Source: Pyrinomonadaceae bacterium | Lineage (GTDB): Bacteria; Acidobacteriota; Blastocatellia; Pyrinomonadales; Pyrinomonadaceae | Assembly (NCBI GenBank): GCA_963826235.1 | Contig: CAWGWE010000002.1 | Span: forward strand, 626,399-690,398 | Length of the DNA: 64,000 nt | Direction of reading: 5' to 3' | Notes under the pieces: generated by a model | Seen by the model: the letters and a program-made list of their open reading frames with translations, nothing else | Database searches by the model: none | What the model was told of the DNA's origin: nothing | Shown: piece after piece, positions 41,383 through 52,051 of the stretch | How positions within the stretch are numbered: position 1 is the first letter of the stretch | Layout: the number at the start of each line of letters is the position of its first letter | Program-made: the position numbers and the translations under genes

Positions 41383-41417
41383 TAAAAAATAAAGGGCGCC
41401 TGCGAAGGGGCGCCCTT
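41383..41417 (-). terminator. Rho-independent terminator after atpC (between convergent pdxJ and atpC)
   Basis: The 9-bp GC-rich stem pairs aagggcgcc (41392-41400) with ggcgccctt (41409-41417). On the minus strand it is followed by a TTATTTTTT tract (complement of 41383-41391). Confidence 0.6.
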
Positions 41418-41438
41418 ACGATTTCGTAACAGGACAAA

Positions 41439-41849
41439 CTAGCTCTTACCCGAAGCCAGTTGCACCCGAACTTGCGCGCGCTCCAAATCAACTCGCGCTT
41501 GTTCAAGTTCCTCTTCGGTGCCAGTCCAGGCGTTTAATTGTTTCTCCACTCGCTCTCGAGTAGAACGCGCCTGGGTAGCGTCAATCTCTTCAGGACGTTC
41601 CGCGATTTCTGCCAGCACCGAGACGTGATCGTCTCTCACTTCAACAAAACCACCCGAAACATGCAGCTGCGATGTTCTGCCGTCTTTGGTATAGGAAAGG
41701 ACGCCTGTCTTCAGTTGCGAGATGAGGGGCGTGTGTCCGGGCAGAATGCCTAACTCACCATTCAAGCCGGGAATAGTGGTTGTGTCCACTGCTTCGGAAA
41801 GCACCCGCCGTTCGGGTGTCACGACATCGAGTTGTAACTGTTGCGCCAT
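41439..41849 (-). CDS. atpC: F0F1 ATP synthase subunit epsilon
   Basis: 136 aa beginning 'LQLDVVTPERRVLSEAVDTTTIPGLNGELGILPGHTPLI'. It lies directly downstream of atpD. Confidence 0.85.
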   Translation of the reverse strand: MAQQLQLDVVTPERRVLSEAVDTTTIPGLNGELGILPGHTPLISQLKTGVLSYTKDGRTSQLHVSGGFVEVRDDHVSVLAEIAERPEEIDATQARSTRERVEKQLNAWTGTEEELEQARVDLERAQVRVQLASGKS

Positions 41850-41857
41850 AATGAACT

Positions 41858-43483
<1,626 letters not shown>

Positions 43484-43570
43484 TTACGAGCCCCGAGCAG
43501 GGCAAAAATTGGGTTGGATAAAAGCCAGTCAAGATAACATGAGCAACGAAGATGCGGCAAATATCGCAAT

Positions 43571-43809
43571 TAGTCAGTAGTCAGTGGTCAGTAGTCGGTG
43601 GTCAATGGGAATCAAAGTTGGATTAACGGCGAACGGTCGAAGTGAGACCGCACACTCGTTTGCAGATCTTTGTAATGCTTCTTCCCTTGGCTTCCCTGGC
43701 GCTTCTTGGCGGCTTGGCGGTTTCCTCCTGCCTTCAAATGACAAATGGAAAATGTTCTTATTGAAGACGTGAGACCTGAGACCTGAGACCTGAGACTCGA
43801 AACTTGATC
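43571..43809. repeat. Mosaic of four unpaired repeat-family runs
   Basis: The four runs are the GTCAGTA run (43571-43608), the CTTGGCG run (43684-43726), the AATGACAA/AATGGAAA run (43734-43758) and the GAGACCT run (43769-43809). Confidence 0.8.
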
Positions 43810-44085
43810 CTACGACTTGTCGTTTTCTTCCGAGTCAATCCTAATTTTCATCCGCTGCAGGATCTGGACATCTTCTTCAGTCAGATTCAACCCCGCATCG
43901 CTTTCGTCAGTCTCATCCGTGTGAGGACGAAGGCCAATTTCGAGACGCAGCGTTAATTCCATTTCGTAGCCGGCATCGCGCAAGCGCTCGATTGCTTCCG
44001 CAACCTTAGTGGAGTTTTCGACGGACTCGTTGATAGCCGTTCCAATGTCTCGCACAATCTCTTTAGCTTGATCGTCAATTTCCAA
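43810..44085 (-). CDS. Hypothetical small acidic protein
   Basis: 91-aa ORF with a TTG start, highly acidic. No family recognised. Confidence 0.35.
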   Translation of the reverse strand: MEIDDQAKEIVRDIGTAINESVENSTKVAEAIERLRDAGYEMELTLRLEIGLRPHTDETDESDAGLNLTEEDVQILQRMKIRIDSEENDKS

Positions 44086-44193
44086 AGTTCGTTGACCTTC
44101 CCCTTAAAAGATTTTGTCCCGCCGCCCCATCAATGGCATGCTACGCCACCCGGTAAAACATGGTCAATCTGGATACTTTCGTTACCGCTAAGC

Positions 44194-44222
44194 TTGAATT
44201 AGCATCTAGCGTCAACTATCTT
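44194..44222 (+). promoter_or_regulatory. Candidate sigma70-type promoter upstream of the Sec-peroxiredoxin gene
   Basis: TTGAAT (44194-44199), a 17-nt spacer, then TATCTT (44217-44222), about 47 nt upstream of ATG 44269. Pattern match only. Confidence 0.25.
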
Positions 44223-44268
44223 GGGGACACCCCCATTTTGATCAGCGAAACGAAGGAGGAATTCTCTA

Positions 44269-44733
44269 ATGCCTGAAGTTGGAGATTTGGCCCCTGATTT
44301 CGAGCTGCCAAGTAATCTTGAAAAAGGTAAGAAAGTAAGGCTCTCAGATTTTCGGGGAAAGAAAAATGTGGTGATGGCTTTCTATCCGCTTGCCTGGACA
44401 CCCGTGTGAACCGCACAAATGCCGGCGTACGAGGCCGACCTCGAACGCTTTGAAGGCTACAATGCCCAGGTCCTGGGCATCTCGGTTGATAGCGTCCCGT
44501 GTAATGCAGCATGGGCCAAGAGTCTCGGAGGACTTTCATACGATCTGTTAAGCGACTTCGAACCGAAAGGTGAAGTGGCCCGGCTCTTTGGCGCTTACAG
44601 GCAAAAGGATGGAATTAGCGAGCGAGCAATATTCATCGTGGATAAGGAAGGCAAACTCGCCTTCAAGGATATCCATGACATTTCCGATCAACCAGACAAC
44701 GAAGAACTCTTTGAAGTCCTGCGAAAATTGTGA
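44269..44733 (+). CDS. AhpE/Bcp-like peroxiredoxin with selenocysteine at the peroxidatic position (in-frame TGA 44407-44409)
   Basis: ATG 44269 is preceded by AGGAGGA. The translation reads '[15 protein letters not shown]...[32 protein letters not shown]', continuing in the same frame as ORF 44419..44733. The TGA replaces the Cys of the Prx motif 'FPLAFTxxC'. A hairpin lies 16 nt downstream. Confidence 0.8.
44425..44448 (+). promoter_or_regulatory. Candidate SECIS hairpin for UGA 44407
   Basis: In 'gcgtacgaggccgacctcgaacgc', gcgt pairs with acgc and cgagg pairs with cctcg, with an A-A mismatch between the two stems and loop ccga. The hairpin starts 16 nt after the UGA. Not verified by folding. 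Confidence 0.3.
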
Positions 44734-44740
44734 ACCGAAG

Positions 44741-44821
44741 CCTCAAGTCCCAGAATCTCAAGTCTCAAGTTTGCATCGTGATTAACTGGGAACTTGGAAC
44801 CTGAGACTTGGGACTTGAGAC
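44741..44821. repeat. GAGACTT-family inverted repeat between the two selenoprotein genes
   Basis: The arm 'cctcaagtcccagaatctcaagtctcaagttt' faces 'gggaacttggaacctgagacttgggacttgagac'. Confidence 0.85.
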
Positions 44822-44828
44822 TAAGGTC

Positions 44829-45557
44829 ATGACCATTGCTCGAAAGTGCGTTCCATTCACACCATTCGACGGCGAGTTAGCGAAAAGCACTATCGCAATC
44901 GTCAGCGCGGGAGGCGTCCATAGAAAAGATCAGGAGCCTTTCAATATCTCAGACGAGCTCGGCGATCTAACCTTTCGAGTCTTTGCGGAAGACGTCGATT
45001 CGAGCGACCTGAAAGTTACCCATCATCACTACGACCATTCCGACGCTGATCAGGACATCAACGTAGTCTTTCCCATTGACGTTTTAAGAGACTTAGAAAC
45101 CGAAGGCTTCATTCGCGACGTTGCTAAAAAGCACATTGGCTACATGGGCTACACGATGCAGCTCAAAGCAATGTACGAAGGGACGGCGCGCGAGATTGCG
45201 AATGAAATCGATAAAGGCTCCCGCGCCGACGCTGTGATTCTAACTGGCGGTTGACCGAGCGTTTGTCACCGCACGGTCGTCGCGGTTCAACGAGAGATTG
45301 AGATGAAAGGGATTCCCACGGTTTTGATTACAGTAAGTCCCGAAGTTTCAGCCCAAATGCGGCCGCCGCGAGCGTTGTATCCAAAAGGCTTCAAAATTGG
45401 TAACAGTCTCGGAAAACCAGGAATGCGCGAACTACAGAAGGCCGTTCTGCGAGACGCCTTAACACTGCTAACGGTTGATACGCGACCCGGGTCAATCGTC
45501 ACCCACGACTTTCCCGATTACGGCGAATATCACGAACCACCGCACGTCAGAAAGTAA
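44829..45557 (+). CDS. Short GrdB-family (glycine/sarcosine/betaine/proline reductase component B-like) selenoprotein, in-frame TGA 45252-45254
   Basis: ORF 44808..45254 (trimmed to ATG 44829) and ORF 45303..45557 are in the same frame. 'FPIDVLRDLETEGFI' and 'ADAVILTGG-U-PSVCHRTVVAVQREIEMKGIPTV' parallel GrdB 'VDAVILTST-U-GTCTRCGATMVKEIERAGIPVV' from memory. Confidence 0.8.
45268..45286 (+). promoter_or_regulatory. Candidate SECIS hairpin for UGA 45252
   Basis: In 'accgcacggtcgtcgcggt', accgc pairs with gcggt around a 9-nt loop containing GGU. The hairpin starts 13 nt after the UGA. Not verified by folding. Confidence 0.3.
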
Positions 45558-45568
45558 CTACTGAACCA

Positions 45569-46684
45569 GTGATGCAGAAAACAATCGGAATTCTGACAGG
45601 TGGCGGAGACGCGCCAGGTTTGAATGCCGTAATTCGTGCTGTCGTGAAAACTGCGACTGGGGAATTTGGCATGCGCGTGGTGGGAATCGAAGACGGGTTT
45701 GAAGGACTGCTCGGCGAGACGATGACTCGCACGCTTTCGCACGGTGAAGTGCGCGGTCTCTTGCCGCGCGGTGGCACTATCTTAGGCACGCGTAACCGGG
45801 GAAAGTTTGTAGAACACTCCGCGCCCGGCGTCTCGTCCACTTCCGAAACAGTCTACAAGGAAGCCGTTGCGAATATCGAAAAGCTCGGCATCAGTGCTCT
45901 GCTGGTTCTTGGCGGCGAAGGCACCTTAACCATCGGCGCTGAATTCGATCGGCGTGGAGTTCCGGTTGTCGGCGTGCCGAAAACAATCGACAACGATCTC
46001 GCTTGCACGGAACTGACATTCGGCTTCGTCACGGCCCTGGATATCGCCACAGAGGCCCTTGACCGGTTGCACACGACAGCAGAGTCACACGACCGCGTCA
46101 TGATTTTAGAAGTTATGGGCCGGAACGCCGGATGGATAGCACTGCACTCCGGGATCGCAGGAGGCGCTGACGTCATTCTGATTCCTGAGATTCCTTTCTC
46201 TATGGAGTCGGTGGCCAGGAAGGTTCGCGCGCGAGAAGAAGGTGGCTCAAATTTCAGCATCATTGTTGCAGCTGAAGGAGCGATCGAGACTGGCCATCAA
46301 CAAATTTTTCAGGACAGCGGAGATTTGCAGCATGCACCTCGACTCGGCGGCATCGGTCAGTACTGCCGAAGCCAACTTGAGGAGCTCACCGGAAAGGAGA
46401 CCCGTTGCGTGGTCCTGGGTCATTTGCAGCGCGGGGGGCGGCCCAATGCTTTCGATCGCATGCTGGCAACCACCTATGGAGCCTGCGCCGTACGAGCTTT
46501 TGCTGAGGGAAAACATGGGGTGATGGTGGCGTTGCAGGCTGGCGACGTGGTGACGGTGCCTATCTCGGAAGCGGTGGCAAATGTGAAAACAGTCCCCCCG
46601 AATGGCCAAATGGTGACTACGGCCCGCGATACGGGAATCTCATTTGGCGCTCCGGATGAGGCCAAGTATCACCGTTTGGTCTAG
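45569..46684 (+). CDS. pfkA: ATP-dependent 6-phosphofructokinase
   Basis: 371 aa with 'GILTGGGDAPGLNAVIRAVV', 'GGEGT', 'PKTIDNDL' and 'MGRNAG'. Confidence 0.85.
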   Translation: MMQKTIGILTGGGDAPGLNAVIRAVVKTATGEFGMRVVGIEDGFEGLLGETMTRTLSHGEVRGLLPRGGTILGTRNRGKFVEHSAPGVSSTSETVYKEAVANIEKLGISALLVLGGEGTLTIGAEFDRRGVPVVGVPKTIDNDLACTELTFGFVTALDIATEALDRLHTTAESHDRVMILEVMGRNAGWIALHSGIAGGADVILIPEIPFSMESVARKVRAREEGGSNFSIIVAAEGAIETGHQQIFQDSGDLQHAPRLGGIGQYCRSQLEELTGKETRCVVLGHLQRGGRPNAFDRMLATTYGACAVRAFAEGKHGVMVALQAGDVVTVPISEAVANVKTVPPNGQMVTTARDTGISFGAPDEAKYHRLV

Positions 46685-46702
46685 AATACGGCCTACAGTT
46701 AA

Positions 46703-47194
46703 TTGGGGAGATGTTCGTTGGCCACTGACATAAAGCAAAAACTTCAGACCGAACTTGACGGCCTTGAAGCCGAGTTGCGGATTCACCTGCCGAAAGAAAT
46801 CAAGCGCGCGCTCGAGTTTGGCGACTTGCGCGAGAACTCGGAGTATCACGCTGCGCTCGATCGGCAGAACATGGTTAAAGCGCGCATCATGGAGCTGCGC
46901 CAACGCATCAGCGAGATCTCTTCAATTGACGTCAGCAAGGTTCCTCGCGATAAAGCATCATACGGCTCGACTTTAATTCTTTATGACGGCGAGCGCGACG
47001 AGGAAGTCACTTATCGACTTGTTACTCCGGAAGAGAGTGATCCCCAGCAAGGTTTTATTTCGACCACTTCGCCTGTGGGTCGCAGTTTGATGGGCAAACA
47101 GGCGGGCGATGAAGTTGTGGTGCGGACACCAGCGGGTGCTCGTAACTTTGAAATTCGTAGACTCACAACGATTCACGACTCGCAGCCTGAATAG
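46703..47194 (+). CDS. greA: Transcription elongation factor GreA
   Basis: 163 aa with a TTG start. It has a coiled-coil N-terminus containing 'GDLRENSEYHAA', and a C-terminal domain with 'GSTLILYD' and 'ISTTSPVGRSLMGKQAGDEV'. Confidence 0.85.
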   Translation: MGRCSLATDIKQKLQTELDGLEAELRIHLPKEIKRALEFGDLRENSEYHAALDRQNMVKARIMELRQRISEISSIDVSKVPRDKASYGSTLILYDGERDEEVTYRLVTPEESDPQQGFISTTSPVGRSLMGKQAGDEVVVRTPAGARNFEIRRLTTIHDSQPE

Positions 47195-47205
47195 CAAAGG
47201 AACTG

Positions 47206-48066
47206 GTGATGGCTTTGCTCGTCCCGTTAATTCTGGGACTCTTGCTCGTTTCCACTCGGCAAATTCCCGCCGTACCCCTACTTCTGACAACACCGCAAGC
47301 GGTTCATAAATCACCCGCGCAACAGGAAGCAATAAAGGAGTTGAATCAGGCCGCGCGAGCTTACCGCGAAGGAAACCTCGCCGAGGCCCAACAGCACTCT
47401 GAAAAAGCGTTAGCTCTAGATCCCTCGAGCCGGGTTGCTCCTCAGTTCATTGCTCGTTGCATCCACGCTCAATACAGACCTGGTGACGGAAGTGAAGAAA
47501 ATCTCGCTCGAGCGCGAGAGGCAATCGAGGCCTATAAACGGATTCTGGATACGGATCCTCAGCATGAAGAATCCTATCAAGCAGTTGCGTTTCTGCTTGG
47601 AGAGCTAAAGGAGGAACAACTTCAGCGAGAATGGATATTGCGCCGCGCTTACGACCCAGGCAGCTCTTCAGAGAAACGCGCCGAGGCGTTTGTGGTGCTG
47701 GCCAGCAGAGCTTGGGATTGCTCGTTCAAAATAACTGAGTCACCAGTCACTAAAACGGCGATAGCCTCGAAAAGGGGTTCGCCAAAAATTCGCTACGTGA
47801 AACCAAAAGATCTGGCTCAGTTTGAAAAGGCCAACCGTTGTGCCGCGAATGGCCTCGAGATGATCGACATGGCGGTCATGTTGGACCCTGAAAGTGAAAT
47901 GGCATGGCCTTATAAAGCGCAACTTTTGATTGAATTATCCAAACTTGCTGACATGGACAATAACCGCCGGCTGAAAGCTGAATACGATAAGCAGGCTGAG
48001 CGGGCTCAGGCTACCGCTGCGGAACTGGTAGATCGGAAGGGCGCAGGTTCCCCTAACAAACCTTGA
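47206..48066 (+). CDS. Hypothetical TPR-like protein with N-terminal anchor
   Basis: 286 aa with the hydrophobic N-terminus 'MMALLVPLILGLLLV' and TPR-like helices ('YREGNLAEAQQHSEKALALDPSS'). Confidence 0.5.
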   Translation: MMALLVPLILGLLLVSTRQIPAVPLLLTTPQAVHKSPAQQEAIKELNQAARAYREGNLAEAQQHSEKALALDPSSRVAPQFIARCIHAQYRPGDGSEENLARAREAIEAYKRILDTDPQHEESYQAVAFLLGELKEEQLQREWILRRAYDPGSSSEKRAEAFVVLASRAWDCSFKITESPVTKTAIASKRGSPKIRYVKPKDLAQFEKANRCAANGLEMIDMAVMLDPESEMAWPYKAQLLIELSKLADMDNNRRLKAEYDKQAERAQATAAELVDRKGAGSPNKP

Positions 48067-48159
48067 CAGTGCTGATCGCCCTACCTACAATTCGCCGCTT
48101 ATCGGCAGGCTTTTGCTGGCCCGGAAATAAGGGAACACCAAAGGAGAGTTAGCAATCTA

Positions 48160-48879
48160 ATGTTTGTGGACGGTATCGGTCGCGGCGCCCAACGAATCAT
48201 CGATGCGATGGTCCGCTGGCTGGCTGTCGGGCATATCAATCCGAACATACTGACCTTGATCGGCGTTTCCCTGAATGTGGGTTGCGGCCTGCTGTTTGGC
48301 TTTGGCGAATTCTTCTGGGCCGGTATCGTACTGATAATCGCCAATCTTTTTGACATGCTGGACGGCCAGGTGGCCCGCTTGTCGGGCCGCGTCACCAGGT
48401 TTGGCGGGTTCCTGGATTCGTCGCTGGACCGCCTCTCTGACATGGTGGTTTTTGTTGGTCTAATGGTCTTTTATGCGCGGGATACGCCGTTTCATTCGAC
48501 CTTAAACGTTTTTCTCGCCGGCGCCGGACTAATGGGCTCAGTTATGGTAAGCTACGCCAGCGCCCGGGCGGAAAGTTTAATTCCCAAATGTGATGTTGGC
48601 TTTCTCAGGCGCCCGGAGCGAGTGGTTCTCTTTATTATTGGCGCTTTAAGCACTCATCCAGGTTCAAACAATTTTTTTGCTAATCGGATGCCGGCGGTCC
48701 TTTGGGTTTTGGCCGTGGGTTCATATTGGACGTTCGCGCACCGCATGTACCACACGTGGCGGGAACTTAACAAAGTCGCAGCTGAAGCTGAGAAAAAGAG
48801 CGCCACAGCCTCGCTTTCTGCATCTAACACCGGCTCGGATCGACGAGCTGAGCAGCCGCTAACACATAAAGCAGGTTGA
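48160..48879 (+). CDS. CDP-alcohol phosphatidyltransferase family protein
   Basis: 239 aa. The signature D-x2-DG-x2-AR...G-x3-D-x3-D is seen as 'DMLDGQVARLSGRVTRFGGFLDSSLDRLSD'. Confidence 0.8.
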   Translation: MFVDGIGRGAQRIIDAMVRWLAVGHINPNILTLIGVSLNVGCGLLFGFGEFFWAGIVLIIANLFDMLDGQVARLSGRVTRFGGFLDSSLDRLSDMVVFVGLMVFYARDTPFHSTLNVFLAGAGLMGSVMVSYASARAESLIPKCDVGFLRRPERVVLFIIGALSTHPGSNNFFANRMPAVLWVLAVGSYWTFAHRMYHTWRELNKVAAEAEKKSATASLSASNTGSDRRAEQPLTHKAG

Positions 48880-49841
48880 ACCGAGACCCGATTATGGTGA
48901 CGCAAGAACTTAGACACATTACTCCGAGTTTAAGCAAAAAGTTGATGACGATTTGCCCGTGCTGTGGTTATAAGTTCGCGGGATCGCTGGCAGTCGGTTG
49001 TGAAAGCTGCGGCGCGCAATCCGTGGGCGAAGCACTTCCCCGCCCCGAAAAAGAACTCCCCGCTTTTGGGCGCTCTTTGTTGCTCACCGTGGCCGGCTCG
49101 TTGATGCTGATTGCTTTCTTGACTCAGACAATCATCGCCCTGGTGCAGAAGGCTTCATCTTCGATCACCTTTTGGAGTGTCGTGGCCGCAGCAGAAACTG
49201 CAGCCTGGCGTTTGAAGTGGATTGCGATTCCGGTAACGATTTTGGTTCTCTGGGCCGGGCGAAAACTTTACCGCTCGATATTCGACGAGCCGTCACGTTT
49301 TTGCGGTCTGCGATATGCCCGCGCCGGCTTGTTAACCTCGATTCTGGTTCCCGCGCTTGTCTTGCTGCTGATTGGAGTGACAGTACCCGAACGTTTGCGC
49401 AACCGGCAACGAGCCATTGACGCCGGTGTTCACGCGCAAGGCTACACTATTGACCGCGCGCTGCTTGAGTACCGCATTCAGTTTGGAACGTTGCCAACCG
49501 ACTTGAAAGATCTTACCCGCCTGCCAGATAAAGATGGTTCGATCGCTGCTGCTTTGGCGGGAGTCGACGTCACTGGCTACAAGGCCACTGCTGACCTGGC
49601 GGCGTTGCCGGCAAAGAAACGTCCAGCTTTGCGCGGCGCCGTGATCATGAATGCTTCAATCAATTCCGCAACTGACGATCTGCCTTCCGAAGGTGTCTCC
49701 TTCACCAATTACGAATTGCCGCTCGCGGGCCAGGACAAGTTATTCGGCACCGAAGACGACTTCATCGTTCGCGATGGAGTGATCACGAAAGCTTCGGAGG
49801 TTGTCCGTCGCACTGGTGGTGCAAAAACCGCACGCCCCTAG
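48876..49841 (+). CDS. Hypothetical zinc-ribbon membrane protein
   Basis: 321-aa ORF with a TTG start (alternative ATG at 48894). It has a 'CPCCGYKF...CESCG' ribbon, 3-4 TM segments and a soluble C-terminus. Confidence 0.5.
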   Translation: MNRDPIMVTQELRHITPSLSKKLMTICPCCGYKFAGSLAVGCESCGAQSVGEALPRPEKELPAFGRSLLLTVAGSLMLIAFLTQTIIALVQKASSSITFWSVVAAAETAAWRLKWIAIPVTILVLWAGRKLYRSIFDEPSRFCGLRYARAGLLTSILVPALVLLLIGVTVPERLRNRQRAIDAGVHAQGYTIDRALLEYRIQFGTLPTDLKDLTRLPDKDGSIAAALAGVDVTGYKATADLAALPAKKRPALRGAVIMNASINSATDDLPSEGVSFTNYELPLAGQDKLFGTEDDFIVRDGVITKASEVVRRTGGAKTARP

Positions 49842-49849
49842 CGCAATAC

Positions 49850-49976
49850 TTATTTTCCATTTCTCATTTCTAATCTTTCATTTCTTTTTCAGTCGGCAGC
49901 CAGTCACTCGGTTGTCAGCAGTCACAAACCTGGTGTTAACTACCCAGGTTCCACTGACCACTGACGACTGACTACG
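49850..49976. repeat. TTTCCATT run plus GTCAGTA-family inverted repeat
   Basis: The run 'ttattttccatttctcatttctaatctttcatttctttttc' comes first. Then 'agtcggcagccagtcactcggttgtcagcagtcac' faces 'ccactgaccactgacgactgactacg'. The inner stem pairs aacctgg with ccaggtt. Confidence 0.8.
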
Positions 49977-49988
49977 CCGCTTCGACCC

Positions 49989-51548
49989 TTGTTCAAAAAG
50001 ATCCTAATCGCCAATCGAGGGGAAATCGCGATTCGCATCATTCGCGCTTGTCGTGATCTGCAAATCGCAACAGTCGCGGTTTATTCCGAAGCTGACGCGG
50101 GCGCGCTCCACGTCAAGTTCGCCGACGAGGCCGCCTGCATTGGTCCTCCACCCTCAAATCAAAGTTATTTGAATATAGAAGCAATCATCGCAGCAGCGGC
50201 AGAGACGAAAGCTGAAGCGATCCATCCCGGCTACGGCTTTCTGGCTGAGAATCCTGAATTCGCGCGTGTTGTCAGCACCGCCGGTTTAGTTTTCATTGGC
50301 CCGCACGCCGAAGCGATGGAGGTGATGGGTTCGAAGACTTCGGCGCGCAAAGCCGCTGTTTCCGCGGGAGTCGCCATCGTGCCGGGTACTGTTGAAGCGT
50401 TAACTTCTTTTGCCGACGCAAGCGTTACGGCGGAAAAGTTTGGCTATCCAGTGATGTTGAAAGCCTCAGCAGGCGGTGGCGGCAAGGGCATGCGTCTCGT
50501 GACGACTGCAGCGGAATTGCAATCGGCTTTCGATACTGCGCAATCAGAGGCAGCCGGGGCTTTCGGAGACTCAGCACTCTATTTGGAAAAGGCGATCCAG
50601 CGGCCGCGTCATATCGAGATCCAGGTCTTTGCAGACACTCAGGGCAACGTTGTTCACCTCGGCGAGCGCGAATGTTCAATCCAGCGTCGCCATCAAAAAG
50701 TCATTGAGGAATGTCCTTCGCCGATTAACGATTCCGGTCTGCGTGAGCGCATGGGCTCCGCCGCCGTGAAGATTGCTCGGGCAGTTAATTACACCGGCGC
50801 TGGCACGGTGGAATTTCTGGTAGCCGATGCAACGCGAGAATTTTATTTTCTGGAGATGAATACGCGTTTGCAGGTCGAACATCCAGTTACCGAATTAGTG
50901 ACCGGGATTGATCTGGTGCGGGAACAAATCAAAGTAGCAGCCGGCGCAACTCTTTCATTCAACCAGGAGGATATCTTTTGGCGCGGCCACGCCATTGAAT
51001 GTCGCGTCTACGCTGAAGATCCCGAGAACAATTTCTTTCCCTCGCCGGGCCGGATCACAACTTTGCAAACTCCGTCGGGTCCCGGCGTCCGTGATGACAG
51101 CGGCGTCGATGCTGATTCGGAAGTTTCGATTCACTACGACCCGATGATCTCGAAACTTGCAGCCTGGGGACGCGACCGCGACGAAGCGATCGATCGCCTG
51201 CGCCGAGCGCTTGATGAATATCATGTTGGCGGTATTAAGACGACGCTGCCATTCTTTCGCCAGATCGTGCGCGACGAAGAATTCGTTGCCGGCAAACTCG
51301 ATACTGGTTTTATTGGAAGATTTCAGGAGCGGCAGCGGAACGAACTTAAATCTAAACCGCAAACAGAGCTGGTCGACATGGCTTTGATTGCCGGAGCTCT
51401 CCACTACCTGCAGTCGCAGAAACGTGCTGGGCAGAACCACAACGATGAAGTTGTTCAGAATCGTTGGAAGATGATGGGACGCGAAATTGGGCTTAACGCG
51501 CGCCGAACAATCGAGCGCGGGGCAGTTCGTGGAGATGCGGCGAAATGA
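49989..51548 (+). CDS. accC: Biotin carboxylase subunit of an acyl-CoA carboxylase
   Basis: 519 aa with a TTG start and motifs 'KILIANRGEIAIRIIRA', 'GGGGKGMR' and 'EMNTRLQVEHPVTE'. It has a ~70-aa C-terminal extension relative to typical AccC. Confidence 0.85.
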   Translation: MFKKILIANRGEIAIRIIRACRDLQIATVAVYSEADAGALHVKFADEAACIGPPPSNQSYLNIEAIIAAAAETKAEAIHPGYGFLAENPEFARVVSTAGLVFIGPHAEAMEVMGSKTSARKAAVSAGVAIVPGTVEALTSFADASVTAEKFGYPVMLKASAGGGGKGMRLVTTAAELQSAFDTAQSEAAGAFGDSALYLEKAIQRPRHIEIQVFADTQGNVVHLGERECSIQRRHQKVIEECPSPINDSGLRERMGSAAVKIARAVNYTGAGTVEFLVADATREFYFLEMNTRLQVEHPVTELVTGIDLVREQIKVAAGATLSFNQEDIFWRGHAIECRVYAEDPENNFFPSPGRITTLQTPSGPGVRDDSGVDADSEVSIHYDPMISKLAAWGRDRDEAIDRLRRALDEYHVGGIKTTLPFFRQIVRDEEFVAGKLDTGFIGRFQERQRNELKSKPQTELVDMALIAGALHYLQSQKRAGQNHNDEVVQNRWKMMGREIGLNARRTIERGAVRGDAAK

Positions 51549-52051
51549 TCAAACTTCAAGGTGAGATCAACGCCGAGCGACACGATTTGCGGCTGCGGCG
51601 CGAAGTCGAGCTGGTTTCCGCCGAAGTTGATGGGCGCTCCTACTCTCTCGAGGTTCACAATCCCGCGTCTGGAGTGTTTCTACTGCGCAGCGGCACCAAT
51701 GTTTTCCATTGCCGCGTTGAGGCTGGAGGGAAACTGGAAGTTCTCAACGTGAGTTTGCGTGGCAGAGACTACGCGATTCAACTTATTGATCCGAAGCGGC
51801 TACGCGGTTCGCAAAGTTCTGGCGCACACGATCACGGGGCAGTGCAAATTGTCGCCTCGATGCCCGGCAAGGTTGTGCGCCTGTTGGTGGAGGTAGGCTC
51901 GCAGGTAGAAGCCGGTGCTGGGATCGTCGTCGTTGAAGCAATGAAGATGCAAAATGAAATGAAGTCACCGAAGGCTGGTGTTGTCACTTCCCTGAGTGCT
52001 ACCGCCGGCGCGACTGTTAATGCGGGAGATGTTTTGGCGGAGATTGAATAA
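51545..52051 (+). CDS. Biotin carboxyl carrier / biotinyl-domain protein
   Basis: 168 aa with C-terminal 'VVVEAMKMQNEM' (the biotinyl-Lys motif). Its start overlaps the accC stop (ATGA). Confidence 0.8.
   Translation: MIKLQGEINAERHDLRLRREVELVSAEVDGRSYSLEVHNPASGVFLLRSGTNVFHCRVEAGGKLEVLNVSLRGRDYAIQLIDPKRLRGSQSSGAHDHGAVQIVASMPGKVVRLLVEVGSQVEAGAGIVVVEAMKMQNEMKSPKAGVVTSLSATAGATVNAGDVLAEIE

Noticed and set aside
45252-45254. TGA 45252 and TGA 44407 read as ordinary stops that split genes, or as frameshift artefacts.
   Set aside because: The downstream sequence continues in the same frame in both cases, unlike the indel-type disruptions elsewhere. The codons also coincide with the known Cys/Sec active-site columns of the two families, and selB is present.
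51545-51548. The accC / BCCP junction as another frameshift splitting a fused PccA-like protein.
   Set aside because: The junction is a clean ATGA stop/start overlap, typical of translational coupling, and both ORFs are complete. A split architecture is common, so there is no evidence of an indel.
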